Source: the human T2T-CHM13v2.0 reference genome, Homo sapiens. From it: a stretch of 64,000 nucleotides of DNA. Positions 42,086 through 55,750 of the stretch are shown here, one piece after another. The stretch lies in assembly GCF_009914755.1 (NCBI RefSeq), contig NC_060944.1, one strand, 5' to 3'. Numbering within the stretch: the stretch's first letter is position 1; every line of letters begins with the position of its first letter. Made by a program: the position numbers and the translations under genes. Below the pieces are notes generated by a model, which was not told the origin of the DNA, made no database searches, and saw only the letters and a list, made by a program, of their open reading frames with translations.

Positions 42086-44508
42086 TATTTTTGGACCAAA
42101 TAACCTTTTTTGTTTTCCCATTCCCAACCACTTGTGTGTTTGTTTATTTCCTCTGATCTGGGGTACTGTTTCATCAGGCTTCTTGTTCTCATGCTTGGGT
42201 TCAAGCTGTTTTTATTAACATAAATCCCCACATTCTGTGCTGATGATTTCTTGCTATGGGGATAATTCTCTTTTTCTTCAAGTTTCCTTCTCCTTGGAGC
42301 TAGTTTTAGGACTTTTCATTGACTCTACTCTTCACAGGTAGAGGAGACTAGTTAGGATAAGTAGTTTTTTCCTTTGTTCATTTCTGTGGCTCCTGTGCAC
42401 GTAGGCTTCTGAAGAAGCACAGATCCGGGGTGGTGGAATTGACAGACACTGTCTCCTGCAGTGCTGCTTGGAACCAGGGTCAAGGCCATCCTCTAAGTGG
42501 GACACAGTGAAGCTGTCCTTTAGGAGCACTGAGGCCTCTTCTCTTGGTGTCTTTCTCAGATGAGGAGCAGGTAAGAAGATTAGTTTTGATGAATCATCCA
42601 AGTCCTGGAGAAGCTTTAAAAAATTTCTCCTCAGGGCAAAACTAATTTCCTATTTCAACTAGAAGATTTCTTTCAATAGGTGATACCTTCAGTACCCCAA
42701 GGAGAAACTGGGTGCCGACACTCCTGCCCCTTCAGCCAAACGCCTGTGTTTGGTGATATGACATTGGTGATATGAACGAATGTCTATTGTCCAGGGCTTT
42801 TAAGAAGTCTCTGGTTCCAGTGCACAGGCCTTTCCTAGATTCTAGGCTGTGCAGGCCTTGTCCCTGCTTGTATCTCAGTGACAGCCTGAGGACCAACCCT
42901 GACTTTGGACACCAGGCTGGGCCAGCTGGGGCTCTGCCTTTGCTGCATCTGCCATTGGTCCACCCCGAGTGGGTGTCATCCCTGAGTCCTAAGTAGTGAC
43001 CAACTACTGTCATACACTGTCCCCTCCCCCACTCCATTTCCCCCAGGGTCAGAACACAGCAAGCCCTGTCCCTAAACTTGTACTCCAGGGACATTATGGA
43101 AGGGTGCCTGCTCCCCCAGATCACTCCCTTGACTGGGACCCCTGTTGTTGATGGTGTGCTCCAGGCTGAGTCAGCCTCCCCACCCACCCTAGCAGTTGGG
43201 GAACTCTTCTGCATATCTGCTTCATCTTTGGATTGTGGCCCTTTGAAGGCTCCCTGTAAGCTCCCTGTCCTGCAGTGGTTGCTAAGTGGTGTCTGGCCGT
43301 GTACTGGGCTACAGCATTCACGGTCAGAGAAGCATCAGACGAGACCGGGTGCATTTGGGGTGGGATGGCCATCGACTGAGAAACATCAGAAGAGGAGGCT
43401 AAATTAAACCAAGTCACAAAGTAAAGCATATAATTAGTATTTCTATTCTGGTGGGGTAAGAGATGGAAACCATTGTTTAAAATGAAACTCTGGGATTTTC
43501 TGTGGATGTAATCTATAAAATGGTGACTAACCAAAAGTTGGCAATGCTGGTTTTACTTGCATCCCTAGTGACAAATTATTTGGACTCACATGGAAACATT
43601 TCCCATAAACTCTAAAGGCTCATGTGTCAGGTTGTCATTCATAGGCTTCACATTCTGGGCAAACAACAGGTTCATGTCCTGCGCTGCTTTATCTCGGGAG
43701 GAGTCGGGTGCTGAGTCTCCAGCATGCAGATATTCTGGTTGTATCTGGAGTCTGTTGTTGGCACTGACCCTTGTTTGGGCTTAGTTTATGTCATGTTTGA
43801 AACACAAATTGAGTGATTTGAGGTTGGACCCCCTTACTGTACTGTTGAGTTTGTGCTAAGGAAAGACCAATCCTGCTGTGCTCTTGGTTTGCTAGAAGCT
43901 TCAAACTGCTTTTCAGGCATTTGGATTCACCAGCACCCAGCATGTTTCAATGGTACCTTCTTCATCTATTTTAGAGCCATGTGTGTTTTGCAGCAAATGT
44001 AACCCATGTGGTTTGTTTCACACACTTCCTCCAAATATTGGTTCAGGATCTGAGCCTTTGATATCCCAGAAGCATTTGGATTCTCTCCTTGAAAAGGCTG
44101 TAACATTTCCCCACTTCCCAGAAAGGGGAAATAATGTTTTAAGACTGAGGAAGGAACTCAAGCTCCACAGTGTGTCTGGATTCAGGTTTGTGGCACGTGG
44201 GGTCTGACTGGTTGGGGAAGCAGCATCATGTCACACCGGCCCCTCCTCACTGGGGTCCAACTCTCACCAGGAGACACATGCCACCCGCAGGTGGCTGCCG
44301 GGTCTCACGGGAGGCCCATGGACTTGTCCAGGGTCTGCTTGCTAACTCACAGAAGGAGTAAATCTAAACTGACGGAGGCACTTAGGGCTTTATTTTTTCT
44401 TTCTTGTTTATCTTGAAAGGTTTTTAGAAGGGAGATGTCACAGTCTTTTAAAAATAGTAAGATAGGCCAGCCTGTGGTGTTGTAAATTTCAATTTAGGTA
44501 AAAGAGTA

Positions 44509-45521
44509 CACTTGACTCGAACAATGTGGAGGTCAGGGGTGCCAACTCCCCACTAAGTGGAAAATCCAAGTAAAACTTTTGACTTCTCAAAAACTTACCT
44601 GCTGCTAGCCTACTGTTGATCAGAGAAGCCTTACTGGTAACATCAATAGTCGATTAACACATATTTTGTATTTTGCAAAAAGGGTAAGGTTTTCATGTTT
44701 TCTTGCATAGCTGCAACAATGGCTTCATGAATTTTCTTTTTTTTTTACAATGGTTCTTATGCTGGATTCATTTATCATGAAATGGTGGGGGACGGCAGCT
44801 GCAGGCCTCAATCTGAGGTACACATCAAGCAGTCAAGCAATTCAGCTTTTCCTTGGAATGTCGTAACTTTACTCTGCTTCTTGGGAGCACCTCCAGTGTC
44901 ATTAGTGGCACTTTATTTGGGTCTCACAGTGTTATTCAAGGTTCAAGTTATTGCATTAAACACAGTGAAAAATACACAAGAACCAGGAGAGATCACTTTT
45001 TACTGCAATCTGCAATTTACTGGAGAGATGACTGCTCACGGGAGATAATTAGCATCACATGGTGTTTTAAGTGGATTCTTGCAACAGGTGAGTTCACCAT
45101 AGTAGTAACAGGAAGTGGCTACAAAATGATTACAGTGGTACAGTATGTACCACAGTTAGTTTGATGCAGCTACTATGATTTAATACTGCATCTTTACATG
45201 TGTTTACATTTTTCTTGACTGCAAATGGTGCCATGTACAGTCTGTGTATAAGTTTTTGGTAAATTTTAGCTTTTTATAATAGATTTATGTATATGTTATG
45301 GCAGTAAGTGACAAAAATAGACTAGTATCTATGTATAGTTTATACATAGTAAATTCGTGACATACCTAACTTTTTCTCAATTTTTCCATGTTTTTAGGCT
45401 ACACAGTTTGCAAATTTTCAAATTGTCTCATATCTTCAAAACATTTTCCAGCATATTTATTGAAAAAATTATGCATAGTGGATTCTCACAATTCAAACCT
45501 GTGTTATTCAAAGGTCAACTG
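44509..45521. mobile_element. Tigger2 (Tigger2b-like) internally deleted DNA transposon
   Basis: Terminal inverted repeats ta|cacttgactcgaacaa ... ttattcaaaggtcaactg; aacttttgacttctcaaaaactta..tagcctactgttga; ~1 kb. Confidence 0.88.
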
Positions 45522-46162
45522 TGGTTCATCTTCTGTAATGGAACCAGTTTATTTTCTTCTGGGTCTTTGATTGCAAGAGTTCTTGTTACTTTAATCTTTT
45601 GGACTGTCCCCTCAGAAAACTTAGAGCTTAAGTTAATGTGATCAGCTAGAACTTCTCATTAACCAGCCATTGCATGTTAATTAAAAACTCAGTCTACAGA
45701 GGGTGCCAGTGGATGTGGAGAAATTAGTTAGAATTCTCCTCTAAACTGAAAAAAAATATGGTATTTAACAGTCCAGGATTAAAGATTTAGAATGTAAAAA
45801 GACTTAGGAAAATGTAGCTAAAAGATGGGCTCTGTCTGGGTTCAAAAGGAAACAGGTTTGGGAGCCTCTTGGGAAACAGCCAAAGAAAACCAAATGTTTT
45901 TAGGTTCAGTTTAAGATTAGAGTTAGATTTTTCTTAACCAGTCTTTACCAGTTTATCCTGCTCAATCTTGGGTTTATTTCTTTAAAAATATTCAGGAAGA
46001 ACAATGAGCTTTGAAGGTTCCAGTAATATTACTTTATTAAAGGTATTTATTTTGGATAAAAAGCTGGAGATCTATGTTTATTAATTAGTTAAGTTAATTG
46101 GAGGATTCTTTCATATTTCTGAAAGACAACCACTAGGACTGTGTGACCATAGGGTGCTGTTA

Positions 46163-46177
46163 CCTCCAGGTGGCAGC
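46163..46177 (+). promoter_or_regulatory. Candidate CTCF core motif CCTCCAGGTGGCAGC
   Basis: Motif match only, in apparently unique sequence. Confidence 0.3.
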
Positions 46178-46441
46178 GACCTTCAAGGGCCAGTGTGGCA
46201 ACCAGAGGCAGCCATCCCTGCAAGTCGTGGCACTTGGTGGGGCCGTGTGGGATGATAGAGCCTGGGATTCCAGAGGGAGGATGTATGGGATAATGAGGGG
46301 GAGACATGTTTACATTTGGAAAAATTAGAACTGTGGAGCAAAGAGCTGCCTTTAGGGCAACAATCATCTGTGTAATACATCTATATTATTGCCAGTATAT
46401 AATTGTGATAATGTGTACTATGCAATGCTATATAGATTATA

Positions 46442-46519
46442 TAAGGTTGAACCATATGAATTTGCTGCTTTTTGACCATTTTTATTACAAATACTTCAGT
46501 TTTGTATGGTTCTATCTAA
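46442..46519. mobile_element. MADE2 mariner MITE
   Basis: aggttgaaccatatgaa ... tttgtatggttctatctaa inverted ends, ~80 bp. Confidence 0.8.
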
Positions 46520-46830
46520 TATAATGTTATACATATACATGCACACACACACCCCTCTAGGTTCATAACATTCTTAAAAAGAGATTGGCTTGTAGTTCAA
46601 GAGAAAGATACCAGCTATTAATTAGCCCTCTCTAAGTTAAGGAGAACTTATTTTATGTTCCCTTTGGCCCACATAAGAATCCAGAGTTAGGCATGTCAGG
46701 GGAGTGGTAGCTCTGTCCTCTGCCTTGGCTGGAGGCTGGACCAAAAGCCTGACTTGCCACACCTTCTGCCCTGAGCAGAGAGCTACAAACCTTTGTCCTT
46801 CCTTGGGGGAGCATGGTCTCCCCGTTTTGT

Positions 46831-47046
46831 ACAGATGCTCCTAGACTTAGGATGAGGTTTTGTTTCGATAAAGCCATAATTAATTGAAATATTGGAAGTT
46901 GAAAGTGCATTTTTGACTTTGTATGTTTTCAACTTACAATGGGTTTACCAGGATATAACCTCATCCTAAGTCAAGGAGTGCACTGAATGCTTATTACTTT
47001 CACACCATCTTAAAGTTGAATAATCTTGTAAGTTGGGGATTGTCTA
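46831..47046. mobile_element. MER47/Tigger5 MITE
   Basis: ta|cagatgctcctagacttaggatg ... gtaagttggggattgtct. Confidence 0.8.
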
Positions 47047-47052
47047 TTTTTT

Positions 47053-47075
47053 GTGTATATTTCTGTGTGTGTGTG

Positions 47076-47112
<37 letters not shown>

Positions 47113-47118
47113 TTGTGT
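47053..47118. repeat. Compound (TG)n(TA)n(TG)n microsatellite
   Basis: Read directly. Confidence 0.95.
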
Positions 47119-48414
47119 ATCTTGATTATTCATGTATTTCTCCACATCTCCTCCTACCCTAACCTATTTCCTAAAAGTATATTAGGCAGAGTTCCTCTTA
47201 TTAGTGCAAATCTAAAGGCCTGGCCTAGGCCAGTTTTTGTAGGTGAGTCCTTAAAATATGGCATCTGAGGAATTAGCCACTAAACTGTCCCATCAGTTGG
47301 AGTGGCTGGAATGGCTGGAGCCTTTACATGAAATGGGATTAGTAGAATGTCACATTATGGCAAACCTAGTGATTTTGAGGACCCAAGTTGTGGAAACAGG
47401 CGTTGTTTGTGGTTACCAGTGCATAGTTTGTGGATTCAGCTCTTTCTCCAGATGAAGAGTTCCTGGAGACTGCGAGGGGTGAGTCAAGCCTCCGAGTGGT
47501 ACTGCTGCTACACATGGCAGAAGAGGGACAGCTGCTGCTTCCCCACTGGGCATGCCCCTCCTGTCCCTTGGTGACAGCAGTCCAGCCTCTGGTGGTGGCT
47601 GTGACTTAAGACACTTACTTTTATGTAATTCTGTGGCAAGGCATTTTTAATCATTTTGTCATAATAATTTATTTTGTCAGAGTTGGGGCATTTTAGGCAA
47701 TTGAAATCTGTTGACATTCTAGAAATCTGGTTCTTGAGTCTGATATTGTTATCACCATTTATCAAAATACAGCTACATTTACTCAGTTAAAAGCCTGAGG
47801 CAGTAAGGGGTGCAGTTTTTAAGATTCCTTACAGAACAAACAGATAATGATTTTCTTCAGAGCTTGGATATCAGCCTCACTGGTATAAAAGGAGAACTGT
47901 TTGGATGTATTTCTTACATGTAAATAACATCAGAGTTTCTTCTGGGATTTGCATGAAGACCATGGCTGGTTTGTAAAGCACTAGATCTAGTGGAGTATAT
48001 GCCACACTCAGGCCATACCTGTAATCATTTTTATTTTCAAGACTCTAGTGTAACTTTGAAAAAGTGTATCACTTAGTAGGGAGGAAAATGACCAATTGGT
48101 TTTCTACTATTGACTGTTAAGAGAACATTTCATACTAACATAAATGCAGATCAGACATAAAATATACTTAATACTAACTAGGTAACCTCATTTGCACCTA
48201 CCTGCAGAAAAACTTTTCGAAAGTAGGCCTCCTTCCTTAGAGAAGATAAACTTAGCTTTTGTCCCTGAATTACCTTCATAAGATTTTCAGGAAATATCTG
48301 TCTAATTTATTCTGTTTTAACCTTTTTCCTTCAAATGCATCTCTGTTGCATTTGTAGTGTTTTTATCAGCAGATTCTTATTTCTACTCCCAACAGGTAAC
48401 TTTAAAAGTTTTTT

Positions 48415-48707
48415 GGCCAAGCAGCTTGGCTCAAACCTGTAATACTAGCACTTTGGGAGGCTAAGGCATGTGGATTGCTTGAGTCCGGGAGTTTGAGACA
48501 AGCCTGGGCCACATGGCAAAATCCCTCTCTACAAAAAAAACATACAAAAATTAGCCAGGCATGGCAGTGTGTGCCTGTAGTCCCAGCTACTCAAGAGGCT
48601 GAGGTGGGAGGATTGCCTGAGCCTGGGTGGTCAAAGCTGCAGTGAGCCGAGATCAAACCACTGCACTCCAGCCTGGGCGACAGAGTGAAACCCTGTCTCA
48701 AAAAAAA
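48415..48707 (+). mobile_element. AluJ
   Basis: gaggattgcctgagcctggg..gtcaaagctgcag. Confidence 0.9.
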
Positions 48708-48719
48708 TTTTTTTTTGTT

Positions 48720-49545
48720 AACATGTAAAGTATGATTCAATTATGATTTCCTTAAGACACATTAATTTAGATATTATATCCAGCAACCTTGTTAAACACC
48801 CTAATGTTTTATAATCTGTGACCTGCAGATTCCTTTGGACTTTCCATGTAGATAGTCATGCCATCTGAGATTAATGACAGTTTTGCTTCTGGCATGACAA
48901 CCGCTATGCCTTTTATTTCCTTTTCTTGTCTTACTGCACTGTCGAGTACTTTAGTATAATGCCAACAGAAGTGGCGCGAACAGACTGTCCTAATTTTAGA
49001 GACAATGCTTCTATTGTTTCACCATCCAGATGGTGACTGCTATAAGTTTATTTTGTTTCAATAAATCCTTTTTTAATAGGTTTGAGCACGTTTTTTTTCT
49101 GTCCTAGTTTCTTGAGGGCATTTACCATGTGTGGCTACTGAGTGATGCTCATTTGTTCATGTGGCCACATGGTCCTCCTCCCTCTTCACTTGTTAATGTA
49201 GTGATTAATTTTCCAATGTTAAACTATCTTTGCATTTCTTGGCAAAAGTCAGATTTGGTCATAGTATATCATCATTTTGCCAGATTTTAGTTTGTTAATA
49301 CTTTGTTTAGGAGTTTTGTATCTATGTAGAAGTGAGCTTAGTTTATCATTTTCCTTTTTTGTTCTATTACTATCTAGTTTTGTAATTGAATTAATATTAT
49401 CCTCATAAAATTAATGAGTTGGGAGGATCTCTTTCTTTTTTCTGTTGCTTTAGAAGAACATATCTGATTAGAACGATCTGTTCTTTGAATGTTGGTAGAC
49501 TGTGTCTGTAAAACCGTCTGGGCCTGGTCGTTTTCTTGTGGGAAG
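48720..49545 (-). mobile_element. Old L1M ORF2 fragment
   Basis: ccatgtagatagtcatgccatctg..aatgacagttttgcttct and gtaaaaccgtctgggcctgg are antisense ORF2 motifs. Confidence 0.8.
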
Positions 49546-50911
49546 TTTTTTTTCCTCCCACTTTCAAAGCCAGCCTTGTTTCCTATTTTAAGTTTTATTT
49601 TAGATATGTTCTACAGACTGTGAAGGTGTTTTGGAGTGGTTGTGGAGACACAGATGGGAAGCTGTGGGGGCTGGGTAGTCAGTGGCATTCCTCCTTCAGC
49701 TCCAGCCCTGCGCTCTGTCCTGGAAGAGGACAGGTGGCTGGGTCACACCCGGGTCTGTGCAGTGTGGGAGATGAGAGACATCAGTCTCTTCAGGCCGCTC
49801 CCCAGAATTAAGTCAGGGCAACCCTAGGGCTCCATGAGGACCTTGGCAGTGTTTTCCTCTGACCCACATAGGTTAGCCAGGCTCTGGATGCCATTCGGTC
49901 TGTGCTAGCCACCATCGAGGGTGGCTGGACTCCTCAGGCCCATCTGATTTCGTGGCTCCTTGAGTGCACATGCTGTCCAAGTTCAGACCTCATCCCCACT
50001 CTCCTCTAGCTATGCCCTTTCCTTTGGCATGGCTGCATGTTCTTACAGCTCCAGTAGATGTAATTGGCACTGTAGTCTGTGGGCATGGGGTTCCTGGGAG
50101 TTGGGCCCTGCCCATCTGGCGGTACCAGGCACTCAGCATTGTGCACAATCCTAACATGCCCAGGCCACTTGGCTAGGAGCCAGTGTTGAAAAAGCAGAGA
50201 TGGCACAGAAAGGGCCAAGTGGAGCAATGCATATGGAATTGGACGTCTGCACTTTAAGTAAAGGAGACTAAGATGGTTGTGGAGGTGGGAGGGGAAAGAT
50301 TTTATGTTCACATTTATTAAGATACTGCATCATGTTTGATAGCTTTTCTTGAGTTGATGCCTGGTTGATGGAGATTTACAGTCTTATGTTAGGTTCATTT
50401 GGCTTAGATGGAATGTGTTTTTTATTGACTCATTCACCACTTGCATCAATTTTATGACTAGAGTGTGAACTATCCAGCTGTATTATTGGGGACTGTGCTT
50501 GTTCATCATGGGCACACTCAGTTTCCCTGCTGAGTAAAATAAGAGACATCATAGCGGGTAGGTGGACCTGCTGGGACTGCAAAACATGGTTTTAAGGAAT
50601 GGGCTGTCTTCGGTGTAGAAGTGCCAGGTAAATGGCAGGCTGGTGCTTTGGAAATCATCATTCAGATACAGCAGATTTGGAGCATGCCCCAAATTTATTT
50701 ATCAGTTTCTGTCAAAATCTGAAAACACTGTCTTATTTTTCTGGACCTAAAACACACAGAAAAGTCAGCACCATAAGAGAGGGAAAAAAGACAAAAAAAG
50801 TCAAAACACATAGAAACAACATCTAAATAAATACAGAAGATTCCATTATTCAGTTAATGATACGAAGTTTTGTGTGTGTCTGGCTTGTGGAAAGAGTCAT
50901 ATCACTTTAGA

Positions 50912-51154
50912 CCAGAGTTTCTCAGCCTCACCACTCTTGCCATTCTGGGGCAGAACATTCTTTATTGGAAGGGGCTGTCCTGTGCGTTGTTGGATGTTCA
51001 GCAGCATCTCTGGCCTCTGCCCACTGGGTACCAGTAGTGTGCCCCCACAGCTGTGGCAACCAAAAATATCTCCAGAGACTGCCAGTGTCTAGAGGGGCAG
51101 GGGAAGGCAGGAGACAGGAGGAGTGCTAAGTCACCTCTAGCCTAGAGCCCCTGC
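50912..51154. mobile_element. MER20
   Basis: ggggctgtcctgtgcgttgttggatgttcagcagcatctctggcctct...gcaaccaaaaatatctccaga. Confidence 0.9.
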
Positions 51155-51629
51155 ATTAGATGCTTTGGTGCCATTGTGGTCATCTTGGCTATTATTGTCC
51201 CTGCTACTTGGCTCCATACCAGTGAGATAGAGGCTAATGATAATAATAAGTATATTTCAGGAACCTTAGCCAGTCTTACCTACACTGCCTGTCCAAGGCA
51301 TTTACAAAAGCAGGAATGTTCCAAGGAATTCTGTATTTCTAAAATTTTAATTTGTGGAATAGAGCCCATGGCTAGCCTGATCACAGGAACAAATGATCAT
51401 ATTCCAAGCAGGTTATTTTCTGTAGCCAGCTCTGATATCCACACTACAGTACACTTGGTTTTGTATGTATAATTCTGTCGGTGCAGGGTATAATAGTCTG
51501 TTTGAGAATTATTTAATAACACAAGAGATTGTTACAGGTGAATTTACATACCTCAAATTCATGCGTGCTGCAGCTCCATTGTAGAGGAAAAGGATTTTAA
51601 CCTATTGCTTCCTACACTTAATGATTCTA

Positions 51630-52050
51630 TGAGTTCAGATATTTTTGCTACAGGTATCAAAAGATAAACTGGCCTAAATGATAAGGACATGTATTAGATC
51701 ACATAACCAAGTGCTAGAGGTCAGGCTCTGTCAATTGAGTGGCTCAGTAGTGTCCTCAAGGGTTCAGACTCCTCCTGTTTTCCATTTAGTTTTCTAAGTG
51801 TGTTGGCTTCCCTCATGGTCCTAGAGTCACCACCACATTTCCAGGCATTGCATGGAGACACACAGCAATGATCAAAGGCGGAAAAGGGAATGTCCCTATC
51901 TCCTGCCCCCTTTTAAGACTTTCCTGGAAGCCCCTGGCAAACTTCCTCTCACGTTCATTGGCCAGAATTCCATCATGTACTTTGTCTCAGCCAACACCAG
52001 CAAGAGGAAAGCCCCATGAGCTCTGTGATGGTTTAGACTGGAGCCCGTAG
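51630..52050 (-). mobile_element. Old MLT1 (J/K-type) LTR
   Basis: aactggcctaaatgataagga..tcacataac; cctctcacgttcattggccagaatt. Confidence 0.6.
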
Positions 52051-52777
52051 GAAGGACCTGGCTGTGTGGAGAACAATCCACTAAAGAGGAGTTCCATGAG
52101 CAAAGAAGAAGGTGGGACAGCGTGGGCAGGTAGGCACATGGGTACCTCCCACTGTGGTGTGTGGGCAGTGACACCTTTGTGAAATTTGTATTCATAAAAT
52201 TTTTGTATTTTGTGTGTGACTTGGGGAGAGGGGTGATGATATTTATTGCCCTCAGCCTTCTGAGCAGAATGGCCATGGAGAATTCTATTGCCCAAGACCT
52301 CAGTTCTTCTATCATAATACTCATCGTTTTTTCAAAAATTGGCTCATACTAAGTGATTAGATTTCTAGAGTTTAACTTTTTAATAACAAAAAGTTCAAAA
52401 TTTCATTTGTAAGTAGTAATTATTATAAAGATGGACTATAATGTGTGAATATCACCTTACAACTCAGCCATAGTTTATGTATCAAGTTTGTAACCTAGAA
52501 TGTGATTTAGAATCTGTAGTGGGCACTAAATATTGTATACACTTTCATTTTTCTTCAAATTGACCTAAAAACAGGAGCCTTCCCTCCCCTGGAAAGATTT
52601 AAAATATTTGAAAATGTTTTTTCACTTCCAAATAAATGGGGATCTATTTCATTTCTGTGTAAGATTTCCAAGAGAGGAAATCCACAAGCTGTCAGCAACC
52701 TTCCTGGAACAAGGCAGTCCTTAACTAATAGAAATGTGACTGGCATGCCCCCTCTTTTGTTCTTTCAGTGGTGGAAT

Positions 52778-53253
52778 TGATGCAGGGCAGGGAAGCCCCT
52801 ACATGGGGCTCAGCCCGTGAGTGAGGGTTCTTGGCTTTACCCAGGAAAGAACCCTGGTGAGCTGGAAGTAGAAGAAAACAGCTGTTATTGAAGAGGTGGT
52901 GTTACAGACCTGTGGCTGTTCCTGCAGAGCAGGGCTACCCCGCAGGCAGAGAGTAGCAGCTCAGGGCAGTTTTGCAGTCATATTTATACTCACTTTTTAT
53001 TGCATGCAAAGATTAAGGGGTGGTTTATGCAGAAATTTCTAGGGAAGGGATAGTAACTTTTGGGTCACCAGGTCATTAGCATGGAAAGGGGCAGTAACTC
53101 CGTGGTGTTGCCATGGCAGTAGTAACTGGAGTGGCACACTGATGGGCGTGTCTGATGGAAAGCTGCTTCCACCTGAACCCTGTTTTAGCTAGTCCTCAGT
53201 TTGGTCCAGTGTCTGAGCCCCAAGTCTTGAGTCGAGTCCCACCTCCTACCTCA
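52778..53253 (-). mobile_element. MER66-family ERV1 solo LTR
   Basis: TGA...TCA ends, perfect 4-bp TSD gaat (52774-52777, 53254-53257); cctgttttagctagtcctcagtttggtcc. Confidence 0.85.
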
Positions 53254-55389
53254 GAATGGGTGATAAATGGATTTATATTTTTATTTGTAGTTCATAAGCA
53301 AATAGTTTGAAGCAATATGCTTTAGCCTCTGTCCTGATGTCACTGGTTTAAATAATTTGTTTCTGTCAGGTTGAGTTCTCTTGGGTCCAGGTCTCCAAGC
53401 TGACCTGGCAGGAGCCACTTTTTAATGACGCTCTTTCTCTAAGGTGCTCCACTCGTTTTTTGCGTAAGATGCTGTAATAGCCTCACTTTGAACTCTCCGA
53501 GGTGTTCCTGGGCTGGGCTCAGCATTAGAGCCTAATCCCAAGTCACCCTCTGCTTACAGAGGCTCACATCTCTCATTTCTCTGGATGATGATGGTCAGTA
53601 TCACCATCACCCCACACCAGTGTATCCTCAGTTTCCTGGTTTTAACTGCTCAGCAGATGTCCGACAAAAAACCTCCCGATATCATCAGTGTTTTCTTTCA
53701 TTCCCAGGTCTTGGTGTCTGGTGTGACATTTTATCCCTAGGATTCAGACAGATCTTCCAAGATGGAGGCTGACACCCAGCAGAACTGGGAGCCTCCTTGC
53801 TCTGCTCCCTCCAGGCAGCTGGGTACTGTGGTCAGTTCTAGACAACTGGCATCTTTGTGTGTGGCTCTCCCACCTGGATTGTTTTGTTATAGAAGAGGGA
53901 AGCCAGTTGGTCCCAAAGCATTGGATTATCCTCAAGTTCACTTGTCTAGATCCTCACATGTTTAGGGATGTGTCTGAATTTACAGGTGTGGGTGGAGTGG
54001 AGTCGCCTCTGGCATAGTCATTCTGTGAATCATTGATTGAACCTAAAATGCAAGCATTTATCTTGATGGTCTGACCTTCCTAGTGACAATGGGGGCATTT
54101 TCTTTTCAGGCTTCGTCAAGTGCATTCTTTGCTTGTTTGTCCAGGAATGTTCCTGATCTTGATTTAATAATTGAAAATCACTCAATTTATCTGTCAGCCT
54201 CTGAGCCCCATGTTTACCTTAATTCTCATCATGAAAATTGCATTGTACAAGTAATCTAACACAAATTCAGCAAAGATGAGGGGGGGTGTTTTTGTCAATC
54301 AAGGGTTTTTTTCCTACCAGGTTACTAACATAATTCAGCCTGTCACTCATCAGGGTAAATGTCAGCTGCCTTCACCAAAATTTAGGTGCCTTGTGCATGG
54401 ATGTGAAGAGACTCAAAATCCTAGAGGTGTTTCTGAGGGAAGCCCCATTGGGATGACTAGGAATTCTACTCCTTGTTGTCACTTAGTGGGGAGCGTTGAT
54501 ACTTTGGCCAGCAAAGAAGATCCAGACTTAGTCCTGGGGGTTTTGATACCATTCCCAATACCTCTTCCTCCCCTTGCCCCCTTTCTTGGGGGACAGACAC
54601 CTACCACACTGCTCTTCCCCGTTATGGTAATTAATACAATGCATTGTACTTTTGCTCACAGTCCAGACCCAGGAGATGGGGACACAGTGTCTTCTTAAGA
54701 TGCTGCTTACTTATAGGGGCCAGAAAGGACTCTCCTTGGAGCTGACTTTATCTTTCCCAGAGAAGGGAAGTGGAATGCTGGAGACAATTGAAGAGTTACC
54801 AATCTTTGCATTCCAGGCACCTGTTGGCCTTGGCTGGCTGAGAGTCTGTGAGGACGGGTGGACTCTTGGGTGCTGGGACCCGTGGCTATGGGGAATGAGC
54901 AGAGTGACAGAGGAGTCCTTGGCAGGTGCTGTGGTGAGGTAGCAGCTGTAGTACCTGGGACTTGGCCGCGTGCCTGGAGGCCTGGGCAGGGCCCATGGGT
55001 GGGAGCAGAGGGGCCTGCCTGAGCTTTGGAGCTGCATGACAGAATGTGGATTCCCCCACGGCTCCCGGGGGTGAGGTGTTGTTTAGTGGGAACCTGGAGG
55101 GCAGCCTCAGCCCAGCCCTGAGAGAAGACTAGTGTGAGGTGGCTCAGAAGCCCCAGGCATGAATGTAGGCTTGGGCAGGAAACAGGATGAGGTGGTAGGG
55201 CTGAGGAGGGTTTGGAATTCCTGGAGGGTAAAGTGCAAGGCGAGAGGAAGTGGGTGGCGAGGAGACTGGTGAGGCTGTTTGAAGCTGGGTCTGGGTGGAC
55301 TTCCTGTAACACCTTGATGATGCTCTTCGGCCCTGAAGGAGAGGGCGGCCCTGGAAGGGATCTGGGTGGGGAGAGACGTTATTCTGTAA

Positions 55390-55750
55390 TGAGTTTTAGT
55401 GAGATATTCACATGCCACACAGTCCGCACATGTGAAGTGCACAGTTCATGGCCTGTAGTTCATTCGCAGAGCAACCATCACCATGAGAAGACCCCTGTTT
55501 TTAGCTGTCACTCTCCCCTTCCCACCATCCTCCCCAGCCCTGAGCTGTAGATTTCTCTATTTTGGGCATTCCATGTAAAGGAGGGCACACAGTATGTGAC
55601 CTTTGTGCATGGCTTCTTTCACAGAGCAGAGCATCATCGGTGTTTGTCCATGCCATGCGTGTCAGCACTTCAGTCCTTATTTCCATGTAATCTTCCATCA
55701 TGTGGATATAGCACACTTCACTCACCCACCTAGCGGTGGATGGGCATTTG
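55390..55750 (-). mobile_element. L1MB 3' fragment
   Basis: gagatattcacatgccacacag..aagtgcacagttca; cagtatgtgacctttgtg..ggcttctttcac. Confidence 0.8.

Noticed and set aside
48375-48401. Recursive-splice-like motif ttctactcccaacag|gtaact
   Set aside because: Probably part of a decayed L1ME 3' segment next to an Alu; motif alone is insufficient
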